DNA from: Oopsacas minuta | Lineage: Eukaryota; Animalia; Porifera | NCBI GenBank assembly: GCA_024704765.1 | Contig: JAKMXF010000110.1 | Coordinates: forward strand, 434,001-498,000 | Length of the DNA: 64,000 nucleotides | Direction: 5' to 3' | In this document: piece by piece, positions 26,480 to 37,869 of the stretch | How positions within the stretch are numbered: the first letter of the stretch is position 1 | Layout of the letters: each line of letters begins with the position of its first letter | The notes under the pieces: generated by a model | The model's database searches: none | What the model was told of the DNA's origin: nothing | Seen by the model: the letters and a program-made list of their open reading frames with translations, nothing else | Position numbers and translations under genes: made by a program

Positions 26480-26827
26480 ACTTGATTTTTAGTTCTATTT
26501 TTTGTTCGAATAGGTAGTTCTTATTATTTGCGAGATTTATATTCTCTTTATTCGTATATTTATTTAGTTTCTGTGAAATTTTTACTTTTGTATTACTATT
26601 TACAAAATATAATTGATATATTGCATGAACTATGTAACATTGTAATTTGATTTTTTGCTCGCTCCCAGTAGTGTAATAAATAAGTTACTAAAAACGGAGA
26701 AATTACAATATGTGCGACAGTTGTATCTTAATTGTAATCATTTAAAGTGGCTATTATTTGAGGCCACTATAATGTTAAGCTTATATGTATAAATTTCATT
26801 ATGCAAATATAATGCATTAGTTGTGTC

Positions 26828-28789
26828 ATGCTATCTGGTGTCAGGAATATTCGTTACTTGAAAAAGTTCTGCCCACAAACTCAACAATTCCGGGATAATT
26901 CAACTCAGAAACAGAAAGTTACGTTGATAGAAGGAGATGGGATCGGTCCTGAGATATCATTAGCTGTACAGAGGATATTTGAGGGGGCTGGTGTACCAAT
27001 TGAATGGGAACCTGTAGACGTTAAGCCTATAGTACTCAGCTCTGGTAAGACTACTATACCAGATAAAGTGATAACTTCTTTACAAGCTAATAGGATAGGA
27101 TTAAAAGGTATTATATATGAATTTTAAGAGATTAGATATTCACTAAACTCTACAAGGTTACGAGTATACTATATTCTGTTTAGGACCATTAGAGACACAG
27201 ATTGGTAAGGGCAAAATCTCACTTAACTTGACTCTACGGAAGGTATTCAATCTCTACGCTAACGTAAGACCATGTAGAAGTATTCCTGGAATAATAACAA
27301 AGTATAAAGATGTTAACCTGGTCACTATACGGGAGAATACTGAGGGAGAGTACTCAGGGATTGAACATCAGGTTACTACTATTGTATACAGAATAGTTCT
27401 ACCTGCTATTAAGTCCATAAAAGTGGGAGAGTCGTTGTTGACGAATTGGCATAAACAGTCAGGGGGAATTACATGTAAAATATCTAGCAATTACGAGTGC
27501 AAAGTACGATACTTATGGGTTTGGTTTTGAACTCCCGGAGGTTGTATTTCTTAAAATCTGGCATAGATCCGAAATTTTTTAATCTATTATTTGTGTACTC
27601 AGATAGTCGATGGAGTAGTGCAGAGTATCAAACTTATCACTCGTGAGGCTAGCCTGCGAGTAGCTGAATATGCTTTCAATTACGCTACTATGGAAGGAAG
27701 AAAATCTGTATGTGCAGTACACAAATCAAACATAATGCGAGCATCTGATGGATTGTTCTTAAAGTGTTGTGATGCAGTAGCAGAGAAGTTTGTAAATAAG
27801 CACAGTAGAACTCGTATAAAACTTATTAATATAAGTAATTTTGTTACCCGAAGGGATACACACGTCTTATCCGAGTTCCACTGATTTGTAGATTATATTT
27901 TACGAGTATTTTATCTCATAATATTTGTACAGGTATCCTGACATATCCTATAATAAAACACTCATAGATACCTGCTGTCTCAATCTTGTAAATGACCCTT
28001 CTCAATATGATGTGCTAGTTATGCCTAATTTGTATGGTGATATCCTATCTGATCTATGTGCTGGTAAGTTATGCTGGTTCGTTGAATCATGGGAGGTGTC
28101 CTATTGGTATGGACGATGTCCATTCGTTCGTCCGTTCGTCTGTCAGTCTGGGGTGTTCTGAGAAAACACTACATGAATATTGGTGGGTAGATTTGTACCT
28201 CAGGTATACAATTCGTCTATTGTGAATATTTTACACCTTTTGGCCAATATTTCAAATGATGCTAAAGAATTCATTTTCAACGGTTAGTCCGGTGTAATCG
28301 TGTGCGTAGAATTAGATTATGACATTTGCAAATATCAAACATGAATATTTATCATATATATCTAATCATAATTTGACAGGTTTTGTTATACACTTGCGTC
28401 TGTCGGCTGTGCATTTATTTTGTTGTTCAAGGCAAGTCTTACATAGATATTTAGACCCCTATCTATATGCTAGTGCTGTAGGTTTGATCGGAGGTCTGGG
28501 AGTAACTCCATCTGGTAACATGGGTAAAGATGGTCTCGCTCTGTTTGAAGCTGTACACGGGACAGCACCAGATATAGCTGGACAAGACAAGGCTAATCCT
28601 ATAGCACTTATTCTCAGTGCATGCATGATGACAACACATATGGGATTAGGAATGTATGGTAAACAGATAGAGAATGCTGTATACAAGTGTTTAGCAGAGG
28701 GGGCTAAGACAGGAGACTTGGGGGGTAAAATGAAATGTTCTGAGTTTACTGATGCAATTATTGAAATGATTCATGAAGACAAGCGTTAA
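26828..28789 (+). CDS. IDH3A: Mitochondrial NAD-dependent isocitrate dehydrogenase subunit alpha, 5 exons
   Basis: Basic N-terminal transit-like peptide, [102 protein letters not shown]. Confidence 0.95.
27801..27884. mobile_element. MITE family C in IDH3A intron
   Basis: cacagtagaactcgtataaaac ... gtcttatccgagttccactga; same termini as 5364-5528. Confidence 0.6.
28085..28420. mobile_element. Interspersed repeat family E (possible Helentron-associated element, HINE-like) in IDH3A intron
   Basis: Contains a cgttcgtccgttcgtctgtc microsatellite. Positions 28190-28400 align along their length with the reverse complement of about 45535-45730 (gaatattttacaccttttggcc, gtaatcgtgtgcgtagaatt, gttttgttata). 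Confidence 0.6.
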
Positions 28790-28934
28790 ACATAATCACT
28801 TGTATTTGATTATATTATTATTAAGAATTGATCATCTGTATTTGTAAATTTATACAATAATATTCATATACAATGTGTACTATGTTTAATTACTTGTTTA
28901 TGCGATACAGCATCTATTCTACGTATTTAGAATA

Positions 28935-29116
28935 AGGTTGGAATGCCTATAATTTCCCGATGTTACATTTCGATCCTCAGGTAGAGGTTAATGAGACAAC
29001 TAATTGGGAGCTGGCCTCTGTTCCTGTTGAGCGTGTGACAGAGGAACGGGAACCTCATGAGGATCATGAAGAGGAGCTAATTATCGATGGACACGAAAAG
29101 GTGTGAAATTTTATTC
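28935..29116 (+). pseudogene. Decayed duplicate of the 3' half of a RAD21 coding exon (35578-35758)
   Basis: aggttggaatgcctat..ttcgatcctcaggtaga.gttaatgagacaactaat..ttcctgttgag..gtgacagaggaacg..cctcatga.gatc.tgaag.ggagctaatt..gtgtgaaattttattc aligns collinearly with the RAD21 exon, including its splice donor, with small frameshifting indels. Confidence 0.85.
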
Positions 29117-29394
29117 CTATGTTTAATATTACAAGCCGCTTCGCTTGCTTGCGCTGCGGGCTTGGACGAACACTTCTTGTTCGTGGAAGTCGTCCTTCCG
29201 GCGCCTCTAGAATATGTACATACTATGCTAGTAGCTTATATGCTGAATTACTGATACACTTATGTGTACTTTATTTTATTGCCCAAATTTCGTGAAAACA
29301 TTTTAGAGAATACATTATATGAAATAAGTAACAAACTATCAATTCGTATAATAACAAGAAAATAAACTATTTGGAGTTCCAAGATATTATTATA

Positions 29395-30612
29395 TTATTT
29401 TAGACTCCTTTTTCCTGAGATTATTGCTTTCTTCTTGAATTCTTCCAAACGTTCTCTCATTTTACAGAACTCGACTGAATTTGTGGGGCAGCTAGAGAAT
29501 TTGAAAGCATTTTGTGGATTACTCGCCAGTATTTCGAATTTTCCTAAATTTCTCACTAAATTGTTTAACTTGAGACAGAATTGTGAATCAGTTTTTACAA
29601 CAAGAGCTACATCATGAATACCTGTGACATATAGTAGGATCTGTTTTAAATTAACTGAGAGTTCAGAAATTTGTTTCATTTTATCTTCTAATTTTCGAAT
29701 TTCATACTTCTGTCTCGCTATATGGATTTCAAACTGTGCAATTTCTCTCTCTGCTGAGCTACATTCCTCCTTTATTTTTGATATTCTCATTGAAGTATTA
29801 TCCAATTGTAATCTTTGATCTCTCAATTGACTTTCCCTGAACTTTAATTGGCTTTCTTCACTCATCAATCTACTTTTTGTTCTCTCTAATTTATTCACTC
29901 TCACTTCTCTTTCACACTCATATTCCTTAATGGATTTATTGATATTATCAATACATATCTGTGTGGTGATTGCTCCGGCACTGGCGGTTGCTCCGGCGGT
30001 TGCACCGGCGACTGCTAACAGTGGTGCTGCTGCACCCAATGAAGCTACAGTTGCTACAGCTCCAACAACTGTTCCTGATATGAATAGAAACCTGAAACCC
30101 TTTCCAATACTGCCTTGTTCTTGCTGCAATGATATAGAGTTTTGTATTATTCTTATCTCTTCTCTAATGTCAACGATTTCGCGTTCTAAACCATTTTTCT
30201 CGTAGTTTAATTGATTTATTGTACTTTGTATTTCATACACATTAGATTCCAATCTTCTTTCATCCTTTTCAATCCCCTGATGTTTCGCCTCTAATTCGGA
30301 GAGAATTATCTTCATTTCGTCCTTCTTTGTGATTATCTTCTTGTTATCATCCTCTAATCTTCTATTTTTCACCAACATATCTTTAAGTTGTTGTTCATGA
30401 TGTTTCTTTTCTCCTTCAATGGAACTAAGTGTATCGGACAAACGTTTTTCTAATTCGGATATTTTGCCCTTCACTATCTTAGATTGTTCACTTTCTAATA
30501 ATGACATACCGAACTTGAACGTCAGAGCTTCTAGTTCTACAACCAGATCTGTAACTGCATAGTAGATCGGATTCAGAATTATTGAAAACTGTGACCTCTC
30601 AATAACTTCCAT
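29395..30612 (-). CDS. Uncharacterised 405-aa coiled-coil protein with a central Gly/Ala-rich hydrophobic segment
   Basis: Long uninterrupted ORF in AT-rich DNA. E/K/Q-rich heptad helices flank FLFISGTVVGAVATVASLGAAAPLLAVAGATAGATASAGAITTQICI. Confidence 0.8.
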   Translation of the reverse strand: MEVIERSQFSIILNPIYYAVTDLVVELEALTFKFGMSLLESEQSKIVKGKISELEKRLSDTLSSIEGEKKHHEQQLKDMLVKNRRLEDDNKKIITKKDEMKIILSELEAKHQGIEKDERRLESNVYEIQSTINQLNYEKNGLEREIVDIREEIRIIQNSISLQQEQGSIGKGFRFLFISGTVVGAVATVASLGAAAPLLAVAGATAGATASAGAITTQICIDNINKSIKEYECEREVRVNKLERTKSRLMSEESQLKFRESQLRDQRLQLDNTSMRISKIKEECSSAEREIAQFEIHIARQKYEIRKLEDKMKQISELSVNLKQILLYVTGIHDVALVVKTDSQFCLKLNNLVRNLGKFEILASNPQNAFKFSSCPTNSVEFCKMRERLEEFKKKAIISGKRSLK

Positions 30613-31486
30613 TGTATGGAAGGATTATTGACTAAAGCTATATACGTATACTATTTTGTTAATTCATAAAACCGATTGACTTGAATTTTGGTGAATTGGT
30701 TCAGTGATAAATCTAGTGTACGTAGATCTGTACAATTTGAGTGTAGCTGTCAATACTTGACAAATTCAAAATTTAATGGTGATTAAGCTTAGCCACCAAA
30801 CCACTAAATTTCTGGTGGAAAGTTACATCAAGGTAAATTAAGATTGATAATTATATGAGGCATCAGTGAGTAATAAGTAAATTGACCGACTAAAGCACCG
30901 CAGTTTGACCTCAAATCCTATAATTAAGTACAATGCACACTTCAAATTCTCCGTGTAAAAATATTTGGAGGGCTTAGCCACCAAACCACCAGATTAGTCG
31001 GGCTACTGGTAGCTGTGAAATTTGTATACCGTTCTGTTTCTACTAGTTAGATTTATCCTATTAATCGACTTCGGTGCAACGGGTAGTAAATGACAGGTAA
31101 TATTTGATTCTGGTTTCAAATATACGTATGTATACAATATAGTGTAGTGTGACCTAACAAGAAAGACACATTAGCAAACAATGGAATGAGAACAATACAA
31201 ATGAATTCAGCTTGCTAGCATCACTAAACTAATTTGTTGTCTACGTACGTATATACATACTAAACTCCGGATTACGTAAAATTCTATTTATACAATTGGG
31301 GAAAGACAATATAAAAATGGTAATAACTACTTCCATTCTAAGATACATTACTAAGTACTACATTGTAAGAGAAGAAATGGTATACGTCAGACTAACATAT
31401 TCTACCAGATATACTAACTATACTAGTAATACTACCAGACACTATACTATACTAACTACCTTCCAAAGGACAAAGCGATGCGGGCA

Positions 31487-33356
31487 TTACTTAATTTTCA
31501 GTTCAGTTCTTTGATGTTCGATCTTTTTGTCTTTTTGTTGTTTTTCAAACTCAACAACTTCCCGAATATAATCAATTGCATCTTTTGATTTTAATTGAAT
31601 TTCCTCCGACCTTTTCTTTATCTCAAGTTTATCTTTTTCATTTTCTGGATCTAATGTCAAAAGAGTTCCTAACTTTATGATAGAAGGCATTAAGTACTTA
31701 TCTGAAATCTTCATATAACTTGTCGATATTGCACTCGCTACATAGCATTGTGTATACGCCTCGAAGGATAAGGCTAGAATTCGTCTCTTTTTAAATGGAT
31801 TAATCTGTTGTTGGGATTCTAGTACTCCTGTTACTGATTCAGAAAAGAATTTAATACTTTCTTCCATTGCAAGTTCCAGATTATTAGCTACTTTTATAAA
31901 ATAAGCTTCAAGTGTTCTCCATCGCTCCTCGAGCATTGATAATTGTTTAATGCCTTCCCCTATTATATTCTTTATATCTTCCAGGTCTACTTTCTCTACC
32001 GTGTTTGAAAGTAACTTCATATTAGCGGCGCTAATTTTTTCTGATAAATCGTAGAACTCATTCTTTTCAGTTTCAATTTCCTTTTCTATATTTTCCTTTT
32101 CTTTGAGCCATTTCTCTTCGCTGTCTGTTTTGGATTTAACCTTTTTTTGTGTTGTTTTTACATCAACTTCCAGCATATCCACTTTTTTAGTTGTTTCATC
32201 AAATAATTGTTTTTTCTTATCCCTATCTTCTACTCTCTCACTGTAATCACCGCCTATCGCCGCTCTAAGTGAATGAGCAATACCAGCTGTCCCGAAATTG
32301 ATTGTGCTAAATAGCTTTCCAGAAGTTTTGGCTTCTTCATGTGCTTTCCTAGCGTGTTTTTGCTCGACAATCATTTTTTGAAGTGCTTCTTCCTCCTTTA
32401 TGATATCTACTTCAGAAACTGAAATTTCTTTTTGATTTTTCTCGAATTCTTCCTTGCGGCGAATTCTCTCTTCTTCGATTTCTTTGATCTTGTTTTCTCT
32501 TTCTTTCTTCTTTCGTTCGATTAACTCTTTTTCCTCATCTACTTCCGCTTTATGCTTTACGAATTTTGCAATTTGATCCTTATTCGTCTTCTGAGTAATT
32601 TGACACGCCAGATCGATTTCTTCTAGCAATTTTAGTGCATTATAAAATCCTTCCTTAATCTCTCTGCTCCAATCTGTACATTTTTTCGCTGTTGCTTTCA
32701 ATGATTCTAGTGAAATCGGTACAAACATTTCTATATCACTATTATCCCCTTTCGTAATACACTCAGTTATTGCATCGATATGCTCTCCTATGTGATCACA
32801 AGATAACATGATCTTATCCATGTTTGAGTGAGCACCAAGAAAGGCACGAAATCCAGCATTGTATACCTAATGATAAAAGCAAAAGAGTATACCAATAGGT
32901 TTCGTTGAATATACGATATCTTTGGTATAATCCTTCAATGAGGCAAGCATCCCTGGGTAGGGGAATTTTAATTAAACCCAGTTCGAGGTCACATCAAATG
33001 GTGATAAGCTACGCTACTAAATACACCTTTATCGTGTTACTGAGCGACAGAGCTAACCTATATAGTGAAAGAATCTACATAGTAGCGTTAACTTTCTACT
33101 AAACACTAACTTGTAGCAATGATGCTCTGAAAGATTCCGGATGAGATATGTGCTTGAAGTCTGATTTCTTGGAAAATAAATACTCTTTGTCACTTCCTGC
33201 TAGAGGCTTTGTAATGAGGCTAAAATCTTCATGAGTAGATACTAGCATTATTTGTCCGAGTAATGCTATAGAGATTGGAGCTTCGATAATATTATCTTGT
33301 AAGGAACAAAGTTCCTGAAATTCCTTTTTCTCCTCAATACTCGTTGGTTCAGCCAT
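31487..33356 (-). CDS. Uncharacterised 541-aa helical/coiled-coil protein, 2 exons (33356-33111, 32866-31487)
   Basis: The phase-0 GT-AG intron 33110-32867 joins ...ESFRASLLQ to VYNAGFRAFLGAHSNMDKIML... and fuses the 85-aa and 444-aa ORFs. Long K/E-rich coiled coil. Confidence 0.82.
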
Positions 33357-34775
33357 TGAAAATTAGGTACACTAAGCTACTATTTATGGAAATTTGGATA
33401 ATTGGAGGAAGAACAGTTAGTAACCGTTACGTACACATACTAAAATATTAAGAAGTTATATTTCGAATCAGTACTCTTGTTGTAACAGTGGTTGTCAACG
33501 GGTCTGCCTCAGAGCGTTATTAAGTGTGCCACTAAAATTCACTAGCAAAAAACATGTACGATTGAGATGCTTTCAGAGGCTTCGTTTCTGACCGTCTGTA
33601 CATGAAAGTGCTTAAATCTAAAGAGCAATTCTCCTTTATACACAATATTACAATCTAAAGAGGATAATTCTATGAAAAATTGACACAGCTGTTATTTATA
33701 CACTACAATATCTGCTACATTTGCAAAAGGTTGAGTATCAGGTGTTATAATTCTAATAACTCATGCCATGTAAGGGATATAATCCCTTATATGGCACGGG
33801 GGTTTTGTGTTTTGAATGAAATACCTGACTGAATTATAGCAAATATATCTAACTTTGATGTGTTGTTACTGTGTTTAGCTGTTTTGATGTGTAAAATCGT
33901 TTTTGTTTGTAGATGTTTTCTGTACTTAGAGGTCAAATGTGATGAGTTGATATATATATATACTCTTATCAGGTTCCGATATTATGCATATTAGCGTACT
34001 AGGTGTTGCTACTGGGAGGTCTAGCAATCTAGCACGTCACAGTAGTGGTAATCAATTTTCTCACTATAGAATTCTATACACTAGTAACAGCTCATGAACA
34101 ACTTTTCCTCATTATAATTCACCAGTGTACGATTATGCGGAGTCCCTTGTTCGTGATAGAAGTTATGGTTACAAAACCTGCTACCTTTGGCGCAACCATG
34201 ACAACTTTTGTTTAACATTGGCCCCTCGAATTTGTGTCCTCACCCATATTCAAGGGCTTAGTCCCGCCTATGTAAGTACCTTACTGTCCTTTCGATCATC
34301 TAAATTTCCATAAATAGTTGTCGAGTATACAACTAGTTTTCAATCGCTGAAGCAATGGGAGTTGGAAAGAAATGTCAGGAATTTAGTTACCTCAAGATAA
34401 ATTCAATAATATTATCTAAGCTCAGGCTCTATAGCTGTAATTACTCGGAGGAATATGCTGTTATTTACTCATCAAGAATTTAGCCTAATTACAAAGCTTC
34501 CAGCAGGTGAAAGCTGTGAAACGTATTCATTTTCAAGAAATCAGACTTCAAGCGCATATTTCATACGAAATCTTTCAGAGCATCAAAACCTGACCAAACT
34601 TGAACCAAAAATCTATTTGGTGTGGTAATGATATATAATTTTACACAAGGTGTCCATAGACCATGAGAGTTTGGTAACACTGACTCAATCCCAATTTCAA
34701 CATAGATAGCTTTATATTATTGATTTATGAATTGTTATAGAATATTATTGCAATCACATAGCTTAGCCAAAATTA

Positions 34776-37696
34776 ATGCTTACCCCCGGATATATAACAG
34801 CTAAGAAAGGCCCTCTCTACACAGTATGGCTAGCAGCTAATTGGGAAAAGAAACTCACAAAATCGAATATTTCTGACCTCAACTTAGAATCTACAATAAA
34901 GACTATTCTCTCTCCTTCAATGCAGATAGCTCTCCGTACCTCTGCTCATCTCCTATTAGGAGTTGTACGTATTTATAGCAAGAAAGCGAAATATCTTCTG
35001 ATTGACTGTTCGGAAGCATATGTACGGATAAAGTCAGCCTTTAGACCAGGGATTATTGACCTTCCGAAGGAGATAAAGGGAACAGCTGGACACGATCCTA
35101 ACATTCTTCCTGTCGTGTTCACAGACTTTGATATACCAATGCATGATACACTCTCAATCAGGTTAGTCAGTCAGTTATTATTCACTAATGAACCAGGGAT
35201 AAATTGTAAAGTCAACTCCCGTTATATCGAAATCTGAAATTATCCAAATATGATCTAAACCTTTTATAGTGGAGCAGAATTCCTAGAACCAGAGCCTCAC
35301 CTCTTGAACAATCTAGACAAGATAACTCTTAGGAATACTCCTACTCTTACACGACAGATAAATGGCTTGAATGAGTTTGATATGAGTGATATGATGGAAG
35401 GTACGGACATATTACGAGGCCGTAAGAACTCCACCATCAGTGAAACATACATGCCTAACGATCAGACAAGTATCCATGGTGCTAACTTGACGCCTCGTCC
35501 ATTTGCTACTCCTGATTCTCGGAGAGATTATGACGCTCCTATTGGTAATGATTTCGGAGAAATGGATATGAATCTGGAGGTTGGAATGCCTATAGATTTC
35601 CCGATGTTAGATTTCGATCCTCAGGTAGAAGTTAATGAGACAACTAATGGAGAATTGGTTCCTGTTGAGGGCGTGACAGAGGAACGAGAACAACCTCATG
35701 AAGATCGTGAAGTGGAGCTAATTGTCAATGGACATGAAAAAGGTGTGAAATTTTATTCATACGATTACTGTAAAATCTTAAAAGTTGCGGTGTAACTTCC
35801 ATAAACTGTGTCAGGGACTCCGTTTCCAGAATTTCCCCATTTCCACAACCCCAATTTGTGGAGATTACACTTTACTATTCTTCTTATAGAGACATCTGTC
35901 GATCAGAGTAATACAAGAGATTATGAAACTACATTCCAACCTGATGAAGGTAACAGAGGTACATATCTGCTACAACCAATGAGTACTACTAGAGATAGAG
36001 GTAAGAGGAAACGGAAGCTAGTTATAGACAGCTGTAAAGTCCTAACTAATAAGATGATTCGTACACAGTTAAGTGATTGTGGAGACACTACTTACCAGAC
36101 TAGAACATTCCCGCCTATTTCTAGAAGAGCTATTCAGTGTAAAGCTAAATGTGCTGATGAGACATTATTGACAATGCCTTCTATTGTAAGTATATTTTGT
36201 TCTATTTTGGCCCACTGTTAGTTGGAAACTTGTTTCAGCTCCACCGCCCGCATCAAGTTTACCTGTCACATGAATATTGTCATTATTTCACCATTTTATC
36301 AGTGAAATACAACTACACAATATATTTACTAACTAACGGGTGAATAGTAGTGATTGACATCATGTGAAGCTGAAACAAGTTTCTCATTAACAGGCTCCTT
36401 ATTATGAATTTATTTAGGCTGTAAATCAAGATTGGTTTCCAGAACAAATTATCGATATTTTCAACTCAAACTTTACTCATGAACGCTTCAAGGTGTCATA
36501 TGATCCTGCCCCATTATTCGACCGTACCAATACACCTCTCCCTGATAACAGTCTAGTAGACGGACCAACTAACCTCCCTGATAACTCTCTACTTACCCCA
36601 TACCCCCCTCAAGCAGATTTATCAGAAGTATTAGACTCTACTGTAGCTCTATCTATCAACAGAGAATCACATACTAATCCTTCACACATAGAATTAGAAG
36701 ATATACAAATACCATCCAGTCCACAACCTAATATAGATGACGTCATAACTCCTTATCCTAATACTGATATAGTTGAGATGGAACCTCCTGAACCCGACAA
36801 CACAGGTTAGCTTATAATTTTATTAAATTTGATGTAATACTTGAATTGGAAAGATATTATCAGAATTGTGTCCGTAGCTCGGGAAACTAAAATGAGTATA
36901 ATATACTATCCGAATACGAATAGGAGATTTAATTTTTGTTGTGGTATAAGATATACAGTCAACTCTCGTTTATCAAACACAGTTATAGCAAAGTCTGAAA
37001 TTGTACAAATATGGTCCCAAACCAAAGTACATAAATTACACCAGTCATATCGAAGTAATTATCGCGGTCCTTGTTTTTCGACATTCTGGGAGTTGATTGT
37101 ACTTTAACTACACGCTATAGTACATATATTTATTTCAACAGCTGAATTGACACTTGAGAAAGCTGAAGAATTAGAAGAGAAGAGATGGACTTATAGAGTT
37201 AATGTATTCTTAAAGACTCTGAAAACTAATTTTCAAGAGAAAGAAGAAGTTACATTTTTCACAGACTTAACTACTCCTACTACTAATCGTAAGAAAGCTG
37301 CCTCTATTTTCTATTCCTGTCTATTGTTAGCTAAGGAAAATACAATTAAAGTTACACAGATGGAATCTTATGGCGATATTACTCTTAGAAAAGGTAATAT
37401 GCTACAATGTAACCTCCGTAAACGAGGGTGCTAGGGACACCAAAAATGCATGCATAACCCGTTCAGGTTTCTGCCAAATTCCCCGGTTTATGGGGGTTCA
37501 TTTGTATGGGAATTGGGAATCGCTCAATTTATTTTCACTACATTTCCAGAAGTTCCCTGTTTCTATAGGCCCCGCGTTCGTGGTATTTTCGCAGAATTTA
37601 TGTCTTTGTTAATTACTCAAATCTCAATATTTATGTTATTTTAAGTTATTTACATCTGTAGGTGATGGAAACAAGGATTCAACATTCAGTTTATGA
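34776..37696 (+). CDS. RAD21: RAD21/REC8-family kleisin (cohesin subunit), about 6 exons
   Basis: N-terminal KKGPLYTVWLAANWEKKLTK..IALRTSAHLLLGVVRIYSKKAKYLLIDCSEA; STAG-binding-like RKRKLVIDSCKVL..IRTQLSD; C-terminal winged helix NRKKAASIFYSCLLLAKE..VTQMESYGDI. Probable last exon 37662-37696. Confidence 0.88.
35207..35262. mobile_element. MITE family A, truncated, filling about half of RAD21 intron 1 (35162-35269)
   Basis: gtcaactcccgttatatcgaaatctgaaattatccaaatatgatctaaacc. Confidence 0.65.
35791..35871. mobile_element. MITE family B in RAD21 intron
   Basis: gtgtaacttccataaact and atttgtggagattacac are inverted ends; internal tttccagaatttccccatttcc. Confidence 0.55.
36215..36393. mobile_element. 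MITE with TIR ctgtta..gaaacttgtttcagct.cac in RAD21 intron
   Basis: ctgttagttggaaacttgtttcagctccac pairs with gtgaagctgaaacaagtttctcattaacag. Confidence 0.6.
36954..37101. mobile_element. MITE family A in RAD21 intron
   Basis: tacagtcaactctcgtttatcaaac..gtctgaaattgtacaaatatggtcccaaacc..ctgggagttgattgta. Confidence 0.78.
37434..37585. mobile_element. MITE family B in the last RAD21 intron
   Basis: tttctgccaaattccccggtttatgggggttcatttgtatggg..tttccagaagttccctgt..cgcgttcgtgg matches 17868, 20797 (reverse complement) and 23420. Confidence 0.6.
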
Positions 37697-37869
37697 AACT
37701 CTCAATAAATAACAATTCCAGTTAATCAATGGATATTCCTAACTGGCCTTACTACATTAAATTTGTTCTTTTAGTCAAAGCAGCAATATACGATACCAGT
37801 TTGTTATAATAGATATCTCTTGAACTATTTAATTATACCGCAATTTTTCTCGAATATTCTATCTGTTAT

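Noticed and set aside
29435-30205. Plus-strand ORFs, including an Ala/Pro-rich 91-aa one
   Set aside because: Antisense shadows of the 405-aa coiled-coil ORF.
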